From: Sedimenticolaceae bacterium
GTDB lineage: Bacteria > Pseudomonadota > Gammaproteobacteria > Chromatiales > Chromatiaceae
Direction of reading: 5' to 3'
Length of the DNA stretch: 64,000 bases
Assembly: GCA_965659945.1 (NCBI GenBank)
Contig: CBFHYJ010000003.1
Coordinates: forward strand, 2,222 to 66,221
Position 1 is the stretch's first letter. Every line of letters starts with the position of its first letter. The notes beneath the pieces are model-generated. The model worked only from the letters and a program-made list of their open reading frames with translations. It was not told the origin of the DNA and made no database searches. The translations under genes and the position numbers were made by a program. Below are positions 19,598 to 28,603 of this stretch, in pieces.

Positions 19598-20365
19598 TTG
19601 GAAACACAACCGCATTTGGACGCCACTCAACGTGAGGGCGGCACCATCTACCACCTGCGTAATGTTGTTTTAGATCGGAAATCAGAAGGCGTCTCTTTCC
19701 GGCTTAATGTGCCCTCTTTGCAAATACGCCAGGGTGAACAGATTGCGGTGATCGGTGAATCAGGTTGTGGCAAATCAACCTTACTCGACATCTTGGCATT
19801 CATTGCTAAACCCAGTCAGATCGACTCTTTCCGCTTTCGCCCTAATAATAGTGACGCTCCAATTGATATCGGGGCATATTGGCAAAAAAATCAATTCAAT
19901 CAACTAGGTGACTTACGTAAACAACATATTGGTTATGTCATGCAAACCGGCGGGCTTCTGCCTTACCTAACTGTGAGAGATAACATCAACCTTTCGCGTA
20001 GCGTGTTAAAAATGAAAAAAGACGACACCGTTGACACGCTTGCACGTGAACTCGGTATTGCACGTCATCTTGATAAATTACCTGGCACATTATCAACCGG
20101 TGAACGTCAACGAGTTGCAATTGCTCGCGGTCTCGCTCATCAGCCATCTATCGTGATAGCAGATGAACCCACCGCCTCCGTTGATCCTTTTGCAGCAGAA
20201 AAGATCATGGCCTTATTCATGGAGCTAGCTGAAGACCGCAATATTACCGTCATCGTTGCTAGCCACGCATGGCGCCACATCAAACGTTTAGGCTTACGAC
20301 GTTTAGCGCACCATACCTCGCGCTCAGAAGATGGGCGCACAACCGAAACCGTAGTGAATGGATAA
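19598..20365 (+). CDS. ABC transporter ATP-binding protein (MacB/LolD/FtsE-like)
   Basis: Walker A GESGCGKSTLLD, signature LSTGERQRVAIARGL, Walker B IVIADEPTASVD. TTG start at 19598 (alternative TTG 19616); start is uncertain. Confidence 0.85.
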   Translation: METQPHLDATQREGGTIYHLRNVVLDRKSEGVSFRLNVPSLQIRQGEQIAVIGESGCGKSTLLDILAFIAKPSQIDSFRFRPNNSDAPIDIGAYWQKNQFNQLGDLRKQHIGYVMQTGGLLPYLTVRDNINLSRSVLKMKKDDTVDTLARELGIARHLDKLPGTLSTGERQRVAIARGLAHQPSIVIADEPTASVDPFAAEKIMALFMELAEDRNITVIVASHAWRHIKRLGLRRLAHHTSRSEDGRTTETVVNG

Positions 20366-20368
20366 GTC

Positions 20369-21568
20369 ATGAAGTTATTTAAAACACTACGCTTAGCAAC
20401 CAAAGATTACTTACACGAATGGCAAGTTTCGATTTGCTTTGTGCTTGCTCTTGCAGCAGTTCTTGGACCCATGCTGGTTTTGTTTGGTCTTAAATTCGGC
20501 ATCATTGGCGGGATGATTGATGAGCTGATTGAAGATCCAGCAAATCGTGAGATACGCCCAGTGAGTAGCGCGCGTTTTGATGACAACTGGGTCAACCAGA
20601 TGCGCGCACGTAACGATGTCGAATTTATTTTGCCACGCACGCGCAGCATCGCAGCAACGGTGCAATTAAGCTCAGCCAAATCTGATCGCTTTATCAATGT
20701 GGAAATGATTCCTACTGCGAAAGGCGACCCACTACTACAAGAAACATCGGCACCAGAAACCATTAAGCAAATTGTTTTATCGCCAACGGCTACTCGCAAA
20801 CTTAGCATCGAGCTTGGTGATCAAATAAAAGGCAGTGTGACTCGTCGTTACTTGGGGGAGACCGAACGTGTTGAGCTTACACTTACCGTGGTAGGGATTG
20901 CTGATGCCGATGCATTTACGCGTGATGGTGCTTTTGCAAATCTAGAACTGATGGAAGCGATCGAGAACTACCGCGATGGTATTGCTGTGCCTAACTTCAA
21001 ATGGTCTGGTAGCGCCGCACCTTCTGATCGCACTTACCCCAGCTTCCGTTTGTTTAGCCGCTCAATCTACGATGTTGCAGGCTTACAAAAAGCATTGAAT
21101 GCCGTTGGCGTTGAAGTACGTACTAAAAGTTCAGACATCGAGCTTGTCATGAAGATGGACCGCAACCTGACCATGGTTTACTGGGCAATTGCGATCATCG
21201 GCCTGTTTGGCTTCTCACTTTCTCTTGGCGCAAGCTTATGGGCCAATGTTGACCGAAAACGTAAAGAGTTATCCGTTCTGCGCTTAGTGGGTTTCCGTAC
21301 GGGAGATATCGTGTGGTTCCCAATGACTCAAGCCATCTACACAGCTGTCCTCGGCTGGGGATTAGCGATTGGCTTATATCAAGCCGTAGCAATCACCATC
21401 AATGCCATGATGGCTGACCAAACAGAAGGCCAATCCGTTTGCGTTCTACTGCCCGAACACTTTATTGCGGCTGGCGTGGTGACTGTTGCTGCTGCGATTG
21501 TTGCCGCGGCTTTATCAGGCGCACGTGCTGCACGTATTGCACCGTCTGATGGCCTAAGAGAGATCTAA
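20369..21568 (+). CDS. FtsX/MacB-type ABC transporter permease (4 TM, large periplasmic loop)
   Basis: 399 aa. TM1 (ICFVLALAAVLGPMLVLFGL), then a long soluble loop, then three C-terminal helices with the FtsX-domain motif RKRKELSVLRLVGFRTGDI. It begins 3 nt after the ATPase gene. Confidence 0.85.
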   Translation: MKLFKTLRLATKDYLHEWQVSICFVLALAAVLGPMLVLFGLKFGIIGGMIDELIEDPANREIRPVSSARFDDNWVNQMRARNDVEFILPRTRSIAATVQLSSAKSDRFINVEMIPTAKGDPLLQETSAPETIKQIVLSPTATRKLSIELGDQIKGSVTRRYLGETERVELTLTVVGIADADAFTRDGAFANLELMEAIENYRDGIAVPNFKWSGSAAPSDRTYPSFRLFSRSIYDVAGLQKALNAVGVEVRTKSSDIELVMKMDRNLTMVYWAIAIIGLFGFSLSLGASLWANVDRKRKELSVLRLVGFRTGDIVWFPMTQAIYTAVLGWGLAIGLYQAVAITINAMMADQTEGQSVCVLLPEHFIAAGVVTVAAAIVAAALSGARAARIAPSDGLREI

Positions 21569-22815
21569 AGTAATCGCTGTCTAACCAACTCGATATGCTG
21601 GCGCAGATGATAGGCTTCATGCGCAAAGGCTAAGGGTATTTTTAGCTGACGCACCTCTTGTTCGAGATTGCGCAGTGATTGATGCAAGGTCTCTTTGGTT
21701 GCATGATCAGCGCCGGTTGCCTGCTCATCGATTGACTCAAGTTTTTCATACCAACGATAAACGCGTGCTCGCATACGCCAATTGTAGATAGGTGGCATGA
21801 CTTTCATCAAAGGTAAAATCATGAGCACTAATGGCAGCAACATAACCCATAGACGGTCTAATAAAGACGCTGCCCAGAAAGGCATATAACGCTGCAAGAC
21901 TGGCTCGCCTTTTTCATAAAACTTTTTCGCTCTATCAGCTAATGGATATGCCAACAGTTTAGGCTGTGGAAATTGTCCGTTATTAGCAAACCAATTTTCA
22001 TTTCCATGTTGCTGCTTTGCAGCCATCAACATGATGTCAATAATCGCCGGGTGAATCTCTTTAGTTGCAACAATATTTGCCGCTGGCGCTAGCAGCGCTT
22101 TATCTTTGGTAGGGATATCTTGTTGGAGATCAACAATACCTTGCGGTAGAACCACATGGCTTAAGAAGCCATAACGCTTTGCATAGGCTTGGACACGATC
22201 AAAAGACATCACGTTTAGCGTCTGATCTCGCAACATTTCTTGAACTAACAAACTGCGTGGCGCACTCACAAAAAATGCTGCATCAATCTTGTCTTCTTTA
22301 AGTGCATCGTAAGCTGTTCGACCACCTATAGGCTGTGTAGAGTCGAGCGAGATACCATTATCACTGAGCAGCATGGTTGCTAACGCTCGGGTACCGGAGC
22401 CTTCACCACCAATTGCCATACGTAATCCGGCCAATTCACGTAATGCACCAATAGGCCGCTTGGCTGAGGTAAAGACCCATAGTGGTTCGTAAAAAACACT
22501 ACCCATTGATTCGATCAACTGAATCCCAAAGGGATCAGGGATGCCGCTCTGAACAAGCGCTATATCGACCTTCCCTTCACGTAATAGCTGTTGATTTTCT
22601 ACAGAGCCAGCAGTAGGAATCAGCTCAAGTTCAACACCCTCTGCTGCCAGATAGCGTTGATAAGACTGTGCAAAGCTGTGGTAAGCGCCACTTTCAGAGC
22701 CTGTTGCCATGGTTACCTTTGACGGAGGCGCCGGCTTTATAAACTGCGCCGCTAAAACAAAAGCCGCAATGGTTAGCAGCACTGCAGGGGTATAAATTTT
22801 AACAATAGGACTCAC
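21565..22815 (-). CDS. TAXI-family (TRAP-type) solute-binding protein with an extra C-terminal TM helix and helical cytoplasmic tail
   Basis: GTG start. N-terminal anchor AVLLTIAAFVLAAQF. TAXI signature TMATGSESGAYHSFAQSY...TAGSVENQQLLREGKVDIALVQSG. A second TM LWVMLLPLVLMILPLMKVM is followed by a helical tail. The 4-nt 3' overlap is with the convergent permease gene. Confidence 0.75.
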   Translation of the reverse strand: MSPIVKIYTPAVLLTIAAFVLAAQFIKPAPPSKVTMATGSESGAYHSFAQSYQRYLAAEGVELELIPTAGSVENQQLLREGKVDIALVQSGIPDPFGIQLIESMGSVFYEPLWVFTSAKRPIGALRELAGLRMAIGGEGSGTRALATMLLSDNGISLDSTQPIGGRTAYDALKEDKIDAAFFVSAPRSLLVQEMLRDQTLNVMSFDRVQAYAKRYGFLSHVVLPQGIVDLQQDIPTKDKALLAPAANIVATKEIHPAIIDIMLMAAKQQHGNENWFANNGQFPQPKLLAYPLADRAKKFYEKGEPVLQRYMPFWAASLLDRLWVMLLPLVLMILPLMKVMPPIYNWRMRARVYRWYEKLESIDEQATGADHATKETLHQSLRNLEQEVRQLKIPLAFAHEAYHLRQHIELVRQRLL

Positions 22816-22820
22816 GATAA

Positions 22821-23516
22821 TTACCGAGGTAAGAGCTCAATCAACTCTTTTAAATTCGAAACGCTAATATCGGCGGACTTCGTCAAACTTGGCCACATTT
22901 GTTCTATGCGATTCATCCATGCGGTTTTCATTCCGAAATTAGCAGCAGCCTCTATATCGCGTATAGGATCATCACCCACATGCAGACACTCATTAGGCTG
23001 CACATCAAATTGATCCACACTGGCTTGAAACAGTGCTGGATGCGGTTTTGCCGCCCCTACTTGTTCAGCCATAAAGGCCGCATCAAACAAACCTTGTAGC
23101 GGCGTCTTTTCAACTTGCGCATTGCCATTAGTCACCGCAACCAACCGGTAAGTACCTTTGAGCTGCTTTAAGCCTTCAATCACTTCATCAAATGGTTCAA
23201 CCCAATTACGCGCCTCACGAAAGATCGCGTTAGCTTGCTCTGCAATCTCATGCGGCAAAGCAAATTCATCACAATGCGCTTTCAATGCTGAAAGACGTAC
23301 ACGCGTTAAGTCGTGAGCAAACTCAGGATTCGCTTTGACCCATGCCATCCGCTTTTCCCGCATAGTATCGAGTGTGTAATGCTCAGTAATCACTGGCGCA
23401 TGCTGTTGCAGCCATTCATAGGTGCGTGCTTCTGCCATACGAATGGTTTGAAGACATGGCCAAAGCGTGTCATCTAAATCAAAAGAGATCAGCTTGATGT
23501 TATTGAGCTGTGACAT
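22821..23516 (-). CDS. HAD-superfamily hydrolase (subfamily IA-like)
   Basis: Motif I is ISFDLDDTLW, with later motifs GAAKPHP and HVGDDPIRDIEAA. The start codon directly abuts the upstream stop codon. Confidence 0.8.
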   Translation of the reverse strand: MSQLNNIKLISFDLDDTLWPCLQTIRMAEARTYEWLQQHAPVITEHYTLDTMREKRMAWVKANPEFAHDLTRVRLSALKAHCDEFALPHEIAEQANAIFREARNWVEPFDEVIEGLKQLKGTYRLVAVTNGNAQVEKTPLQGLFDAAFMAEQVGAAKPHPALFQASVDQFDVQPNECLHVGDDPIRDIEAAANFGMKTAWMNRIEQMWPSLTKSADISVSNLKELIELLPR

Positions 23517-24503
23517 TTATAAAGCAGGTAATACGCGCTGAGACACAAACTCACCTAGCGGCTTGAGTTCTTCATATTGCTTACCGACATTCACAATGTA
23601 GTTAAGCGTGCGTGGAATATCACCCAGGTAACCGGGTTTACCATCACGGTGATTGAGGCGCGCAAATATACCGCTGGCCTTGAGATGGCGCTGTACCCCC
23701 ATCCAATCAAACCATCGCTTGAAACGAAGACGATGTCTCTCATTCATTACCCCCGTTGCGATTGCACCCTCCAAGTAATCATGGCACCAACGAGACACTA
23801 AAGCGTCATCCCACTCGATATAACAGTCGCGCAGCAAGGACACCAAGTCATAGGTCACCGGACCCAATACAGCATCCTGGTAATCGATCACACCTAAGCT
23901 GTTATCCGATAGCAGCATTAAATTGCGCGAATGATAGTCACGATGAACAAACACCTTAGGTTGCTCCAACGCCGATTCAGTTAGCGCTTTAAATGTGCGT
24001 GCGAGCATTTTTTTACTGTCATCCGACAAATTGAGACTCAAATGCTTCTCAAGCAGCCAATCAGGAAATAGCTGCATTTCACGCATCAACATTGGCTCGT
24101 CATAAGCGGGCAAGTTGTCGGTCTTCGCGCTTTGCTGAAACGTCAGCAATGAGGTCATCGCGCTGCCATAGAGCTGGTCAGCTGACTCCTGAGTCAAATT
24201 CGGTAACAAGGTGGCATCGCCAAAATCTTCCAGAACCATAAACCCTTGTTCGATATCCATCGCCAACACCTCAGGCGCATGCACCCCTGCATCACGCAGA
24301 CGAGTGGTCATCTCAGCAAAAGGACGGCAGTCTTCTTGTGGCGGTGGCGCATCCATCACAATTCGACTCGGCACCCCCAATTGGGTGAGTCGAAAATAAC
24401 GCCGAAAACTGGCATCTCCAGAGGCCATGGCTAGCGCAAAGTCGCCAAGCTCAAGAGAATCTCTAAGCCATTGTTTTAAAAGCGAAAGTCGCTCATCCAT
24501 CAA
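23517..24503 (-). CDS. amgK: Aminoglycoside-phosphotransferase-fold kinase, AmgK-like (anomeric MurNAc/GlcNAc kinase)
   Basis: Motifs GDASFRRYFR, VMDAPPPQEDCRPF, FVHRDYHSRNLML, VIDYQDAVLGPVTYDLVSLLRD and MGVQRHLKASGIFARL match my recollection of Pseudomonas AmgK. It has the same position divergent from lptD. Confidence 0.65.
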   Translation of the reverse strand: MMDERLSLLKQWLRDSLELGDFALAMASGDASFRRYFRLTQLGVPSRIVMDAPPPQEDCRPFAEMTTRLRDAGVHAPEVLAMDIEQGFMVLEDFGDATLLPNLTQESADQLYGSAMTSLLTFQQSAKTDNLPAYDEPMLMREMQLFPDWLLEKHLSLNLSDDSKKMLARTFKALTESALEQPKVFVHRDYHSRNLMLLSDNSLGVIDYQDAVLGPVTYDLVSLLRDCYIEWDDALVSRWCHDYLEGAIATGVMNERHRLRFKRWFDWMGVQRHLKASGIFARLNHRDGKPGYLGDIPRTLNYIVNVGKQYEELKPLGEFVSQRVLPAL

Positions 24504-24630
24504 AACCTAACCTTGGGGCCATTTCGGCTCAATTTCATTGAAAATATGGGCATTTTATGAGATTTTACCCACCCTTCGGAGACTTCCTGTGGAATTAGCT
24601 TCCGCGTAACCATAAAAATAGAACCGGCCG

Positions 24631-27312
24631 ATGCTTTTTCATACTGCAAACTCCCTAAAAATTCGCCCATTGTCTGTCGCGATTGCGACGATTTTGATGC
24701 CGATCTCGCTACTCAGCCAGGCTGTAATCGCTAAAGACAGTCGCGCTTGGGAATGTAAAGCTGGATCTGATGGTCAATGGGAATGCTATAAAAACGGCGT
24801 ATTGGAAGATCGCCCTGCTGCAGCACCCATTGTGCAAGCACTACCGATGGACGCTAAGCCTGCAGCTTTATCGATTGCTGAGCAACCTACAGCGGCACCT
24901 GCGTACACACCGAATGCGTCGGTTGGATTAAGCCAAGCAGCACCTAAAGTTAAAGTGGCACAGCCTGCTGAAGAACCTAAACCGGTCGTTATTCCAGAGC
25001 CAGTTCCAAGTAAGCCACAAGCTGTCGCTAAACCCGAGCCTGTTGTTGCAAAGCCAGTACAAAAGCCCCTGCCTGCGACAGAAACAAAGACCACTGACCC
25101 CATCGCCAAGGTAGTCAGCTCCGCGAGTAATGCGAGTCGTCTTGATGAGAAGCTTAACTGGGGTTCATGTGGTGTTGAAACCAATCAGCTACCGACTTTT
25201 GTTAGCTTTGATGGCAACAATGCCAATGCGCCGATGGATATCGTGGCTGACTCAGCCGAACTGAGCCGTGAGACCAATGAGAACATCTTCATTGGTAATG
25301 TCGAGCACACCCAAGGCTCACAACAAATTTTTGCGGAAGCTATGAGCTACAACCAAGAGTCTGGTCAGCTAAACGCGCAAGGCGATGTGTTGATGATCAT
25401 GCCCGATATGCGCATGAGCGCGCCTCGCGTGTCATACAACACCAAGACCCGCAGCGGCGATGCAACCGATGTCTCTTATCGCATGCCAGGCATCTTAGGT
25501 CGCGGCACCTCTGAGAGCACCAACATCATCGATGATCTGCACAGTGAACATAACACGGTGACCTACACCACCTGTGCACCAGGTGATAACGCATGGTCAT
25601 TACATGCTGACAAGCTGATCATGGATCAAGAAGAAGGCGTGGCTTGGGCAACGCACGCAACAATCAACGTGGGCGACATGCCGATTGCATACTTACCTGC
25701 AATGAGCTTCCCATTGGATGATCGTCGTCGCAGTGGCGTACTTCGCCCCACCTTCAGTAATAGGAAAGATAACGGCTTTGATTTCACCTTGCCTTATTAC
25801 CTAAACCTTGCGCCAAACTACGACCTAACGCTTTATCCGCGTTATCTAACCGAGCGTGGCGCCATGCTGGGCGGCGAATATCGCTTCCTCACTGAGATGG
25901 CGAAAGGCACCATCTCAGCTGATGCAATTAGTGACGACAAATACACCGGCAATAGTTCACGCAGCTCATTGAAGATCGACACCTCTGCGACTTTCAATGA
26001 CCGTTTAACAGGTAACTTCTTATTTAATGAAGTCTCAGATAACGATTATCTAAACGACTTTGGCGGCACACTTGCGGTAGCTAACACTACACAACTTGAG
26101 CGTCGTGCTGAGATGAAGTATCAAGCAGATAACTGGTATTCATTGGTTAAATTCCAGGATTTCCAAGCTCTTAGCTTTGGCTCTACAACTGCCAATGAGC
26201 AATATGCTCGACTCCCGCAGGTCTTATTCCACGCCAATAACGACAAGCTTCGTGGCGATAGCCCGCTGATTATGGAACTGGATACTGAAGCAGTCAGTTT
26301 TTCTAAGGATGAAGCGAATGCAATTAATGGTGAGCGTTACGATATCAAACCGCGCGTAGCTTTAGATTTTCGTGAGCCTTGGTATCACTTGAAGCCTGCG
26401 CTATCTGTTCGCCATACTACATACAACACAAACACTTTCGGCGCAGTAAATGATGGCTCTGTCAGTCGAAGCACTTACACCGCTAGCATCGATAATGGCT
26501 TGTATTTCGAACGTAATACCTCATGGTTTGGCGAAGGTGCTCTCCAGACCCTTGAGCCACGTGCCTATTACTTGTACACACCACACAAAAATCAAAGCAA
26601 CATCAACGTCTTTGATACAGCGGCATACGGATTTGATTTTGCGCAACTGTTCCGCGACAACCGTTTCAATGGACCTGATCGTGTTGGCGATGCCAATCAG
26701 TTAACTCTGGCGCTTACTAGCCGCACGCTCAGTGACAGCAATGGCTCTGAAATTTTCCGCGCCAGTATCGGTGAAGTTTTTTACTTTGAAGATCGCCGAG
26801 TACAGCTACCTGACGTATCAACCGCCTCTACAAACAAATCTGATCTTGTAGGCGAGATCGCATGGAAACCTGCGCAACACTGGGAAACAAAGCTGAACGC
26901 ATTGTTTGATACCAATACCGACGATCTAAAAACCGCGACTGCTTCTGCAAATTACTACGCAAGCAATACGGAACTATTCAACATCAAATACATCTATAAC
27001 GATGCATCGACCACAGCGACTGATAACAACCAACAGTTAGATATCAGTGGCATTTGGTCTGTCGCACCAAAAACTAACCTTTTCGCTCGTCTGAATCGTT
27101 CTCTGAAGGATGATAAAGATCTCGACGCTTTGGCTGGTTTTGAATACGGAAGCTGCTGCTGGCGTGTTCGTACATTTGCTAGCCGTGCAACCGGTGACGA
27201 ATCACCAACTTTCACGGTTGAATTCGAACTTAACGGCCTAGGCCGTATTGGTGATGACACAGAAACCCTTTTGAACGATCGCATCTACGGATACCGTCGA
27301 GAAGATGACTAA
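24631..27312 (+). CDS. lptD: LPS-assembly outer membrane protein LptD with extended N-terminal Pro/Ala/Lys-rich region
   Basis: 893 aa with a signal peptide. Conserved LptD segments include MSFPLDDRRRSGVLRPTF, TLEPRAYYLYTPHKNQS, FRDNRFNGPDRVGDANQLTLALTSR and GFEYGSCCWRVR. It is followed by surA-pdxA. Confidence 0.92.
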   Translation: MLFHTANSLKIRPLSVAIATILMPISLLSQAVIAKDSRAWECKAGSDGQWECYKNGVLEDRPAAAPIVQALPMDAKPAALSIAEQPTAAPAYTPNASVGLSQAAPKVKVAQPAEEPKPVVIPEPVPSKPQAVAKPEPVVAKPVQKPLPATETKTTDPIAKVVSSASNASRLDEKLNWGSCGVETNQLPTFVSFDGNNANAPMDIVADSAELSRETNENIFIGNVEHTQGSQQIFAEAMSYNQESGQLNAQGDVLMIMPDMRMSAPRVSYNTKTRSGDATDVSYRMPGILGRGTSESTNIIDDLHSEHNTVTYTTCAPGDNAWSLHADKLIMDQEEGVAWATHATINVGDMPIAYLPAMSFPLDDRRRSGVLRPTFSNRKDNGFDFTLPYYLNLAPNYDLTLYPRYLTERGAMLGGEYRFLTEMAKGTISADAISDDKYTGNSSRSSLKIDTSATFNDRLTGNFLFNEVSDNDYLNDFGGTLAVANTTQLERRAEMKYQADNWYSLVKFQDFQALSFGSTTANEQYARLPQVLFHANNDKLRGDSPLIMELDTEAVSFSKDEANAINGERYDIKPRVALDFREPWYHLKPALSVRHTTYNTNTFGAVNDGSVSRSTYTASIDNGLYFERNTSWFGEGALQTLEPRAYYLYTPHKNQSNINVFDTAAYGFDFAQLFRDNRFNGPDRVGDANQLTLALTSRTLSDSNGSEIFRASIGEVFYFEDRRVQLPDVSTASTNKSDLVGEIAWKPAQHWETKLNALFDTNTDDLKTATASANYYASNTELFNIKYIYNDASTTATDNNQQLDISGIWSVAPKTNLFARLNRSLKDDKDLDALAGFEYGSCCWRVRTFASRATGDESPTFTVEFELNGLGRIGDDTETLLNDRIYGYRREDD

Positions 27313-28603
27313 AAAATTGATCGCTGCCCTGCTGTTTGGGGCGTCACTCTCAGTTGCACATGCTGCCATTGAGCTCGTAGACCGTATCATTGCCGTTGTG
27401 GGTAAAGACGTGGTGATGCTCAGTGAGCTCAAATCACGTGCGCAAGAAAATTATTCAACACTCGCTAAGCGCAACCCCAACGCCTTGCCATCACAAGAGC
27501 AAGTGCTTACCAGCACCCTTGATAATCTCATTCTAGAGAAGCTTCAATTGGCTGAAGCCTCCAAGCTTGGCATCACTGCCTCATCTGATCGTGTTGCTGA
27601 AGCGATGGCGCAGATTGCCAAAAACAATAAGCTCACTTTTGATCAACTGCGTGAAGCATTGGCAAAAGAAGGCACAAGCTTCGACTTCTTTCGCAACAAG
27701 ATTAAAAATCAGCTCACTCTTCAGCGCCTGATTGATAAAGAAGTCACTAACCGTATTCAGGTTTCTGACTCTGAAATTGACAGCCTGATTACTGCGCAAG
27801 ATGCCAACGCCGCTAAACGCCGTGAGGTGCGTTTATTCCATATCTTGGTACGCACCCCAGATGGCGCAACAGCTGATGAAGCGAAAGCTGCGGCAAAAAA
27901 AGCTAACAAAGCACGCAAACGAATTGATGCTGGCGAATCATTTGAACAAGTGGCTATCGGCACCTCGGATGCATCTAACGCACTTCAAGGTGGCGATGTT
28001 GGCTGGTTAGCCTTTGCGCAACTACCGCGTGGCTATCAAGAAATCGTTGCCAAGATGAACGCTGGCGATTTGGTTGGTCCTTTCCGCAGTTCTAATGGCT
28101 TTAATATTCTTAAAGCAGCAGAGTTTCGTATCCCAGAGGCCTCGCAAGAGATCGTGACCCAAACCGAAGCGCGCCACATCTTAATTCGCACAGACGAGGT
28201 GACTTCAGATAGCGATGCAAAGATCAAACTCGAACAACTCCGCGAACGTGCAGAACAAGGTGAAGACTTCACGAACCTTGCACGCTCTCATTCATCGGAT
28301 ACCGGCTCTGCAATCAAAGGTGGTGAGCTAGGTTGGGTTAGCCCTGATCAAATGGTGCCTGAATTTGAAGAAGTGATGAACCAAACCGCCAAAGGCGCTA
28401 TCAGTGCACCGTTTAAATCGCGCTTTGGTTGGCACATCATCCAAGTCGTCGATCGTCGTCAGCATGATAAATCTGATGATGTGCGCCGCATCGCTGCCCG
28501 TAAAGCTGTAATCAAACGCAAAAGTGAAGAAGCGAAAGAAGAATATCTGCGCCGCTTACGTGATGAAGCCTTCATTGATCTTCGCTTGGATGATTTGCGA
28601 TGA
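27305..28603 (+). CDS. surA: Periplasmic chaperone / peptidyl-prolyl isomerase SurA
   Basis: 432 aa. Signal peptide LFGASLSVAHA, an N-terminal chaperone module and two parvulin-type domains. 8-nt overlap with lptD; conserved lptD-surA-pdxA order. Confidence 0.92.
   Translation: MTKKLIAALLFGASLSVAHAAIELVDRIIAVVGKDVVMLSELKSRAQENYSTLAKRNPNALPSQEQVLTSTLDNLILEKLQLAEASKLGITASSDRVAEAMAQIAKNNKLTFDQLREALAKEGTSFDFFRNKIKNQLTLQRLIDKEVTNRIQVSDSEIDSLITAQDANAAKRREVRLFHILVRTPDGATADEAKAAAKKANKARKRIDAGESFEQVAIGTSDASNALQGGDVGWLAFAQLPRGYQEIVAKMNAGDLVGPFRSSNGFNILKAAEFRIPEASQEIVTQTEARHILIRTDEVTSDSDAKIKLEQLRERAEQGEDFTNLARSHSSDTGSAIKGGELGWVSPDQMVPEFEEVMNQTAKGAISAPFKSRFGWHIIQVVDRRQHDKSDDVRRIAARKAVIKRKSEEAKEEYLRRLRDEAFIDLRLDDLR

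Noticed and set aside
24786-25184. 132-aa - strand ORF opposite the 5' part of lptD
   Set aside because: It mirrors the Pro/Ala-rich coding repeat of LptD, and its antisense translation is Gly/Ala-rich. It has no start signals and lies inside a gene with clear signal peptide continuity.
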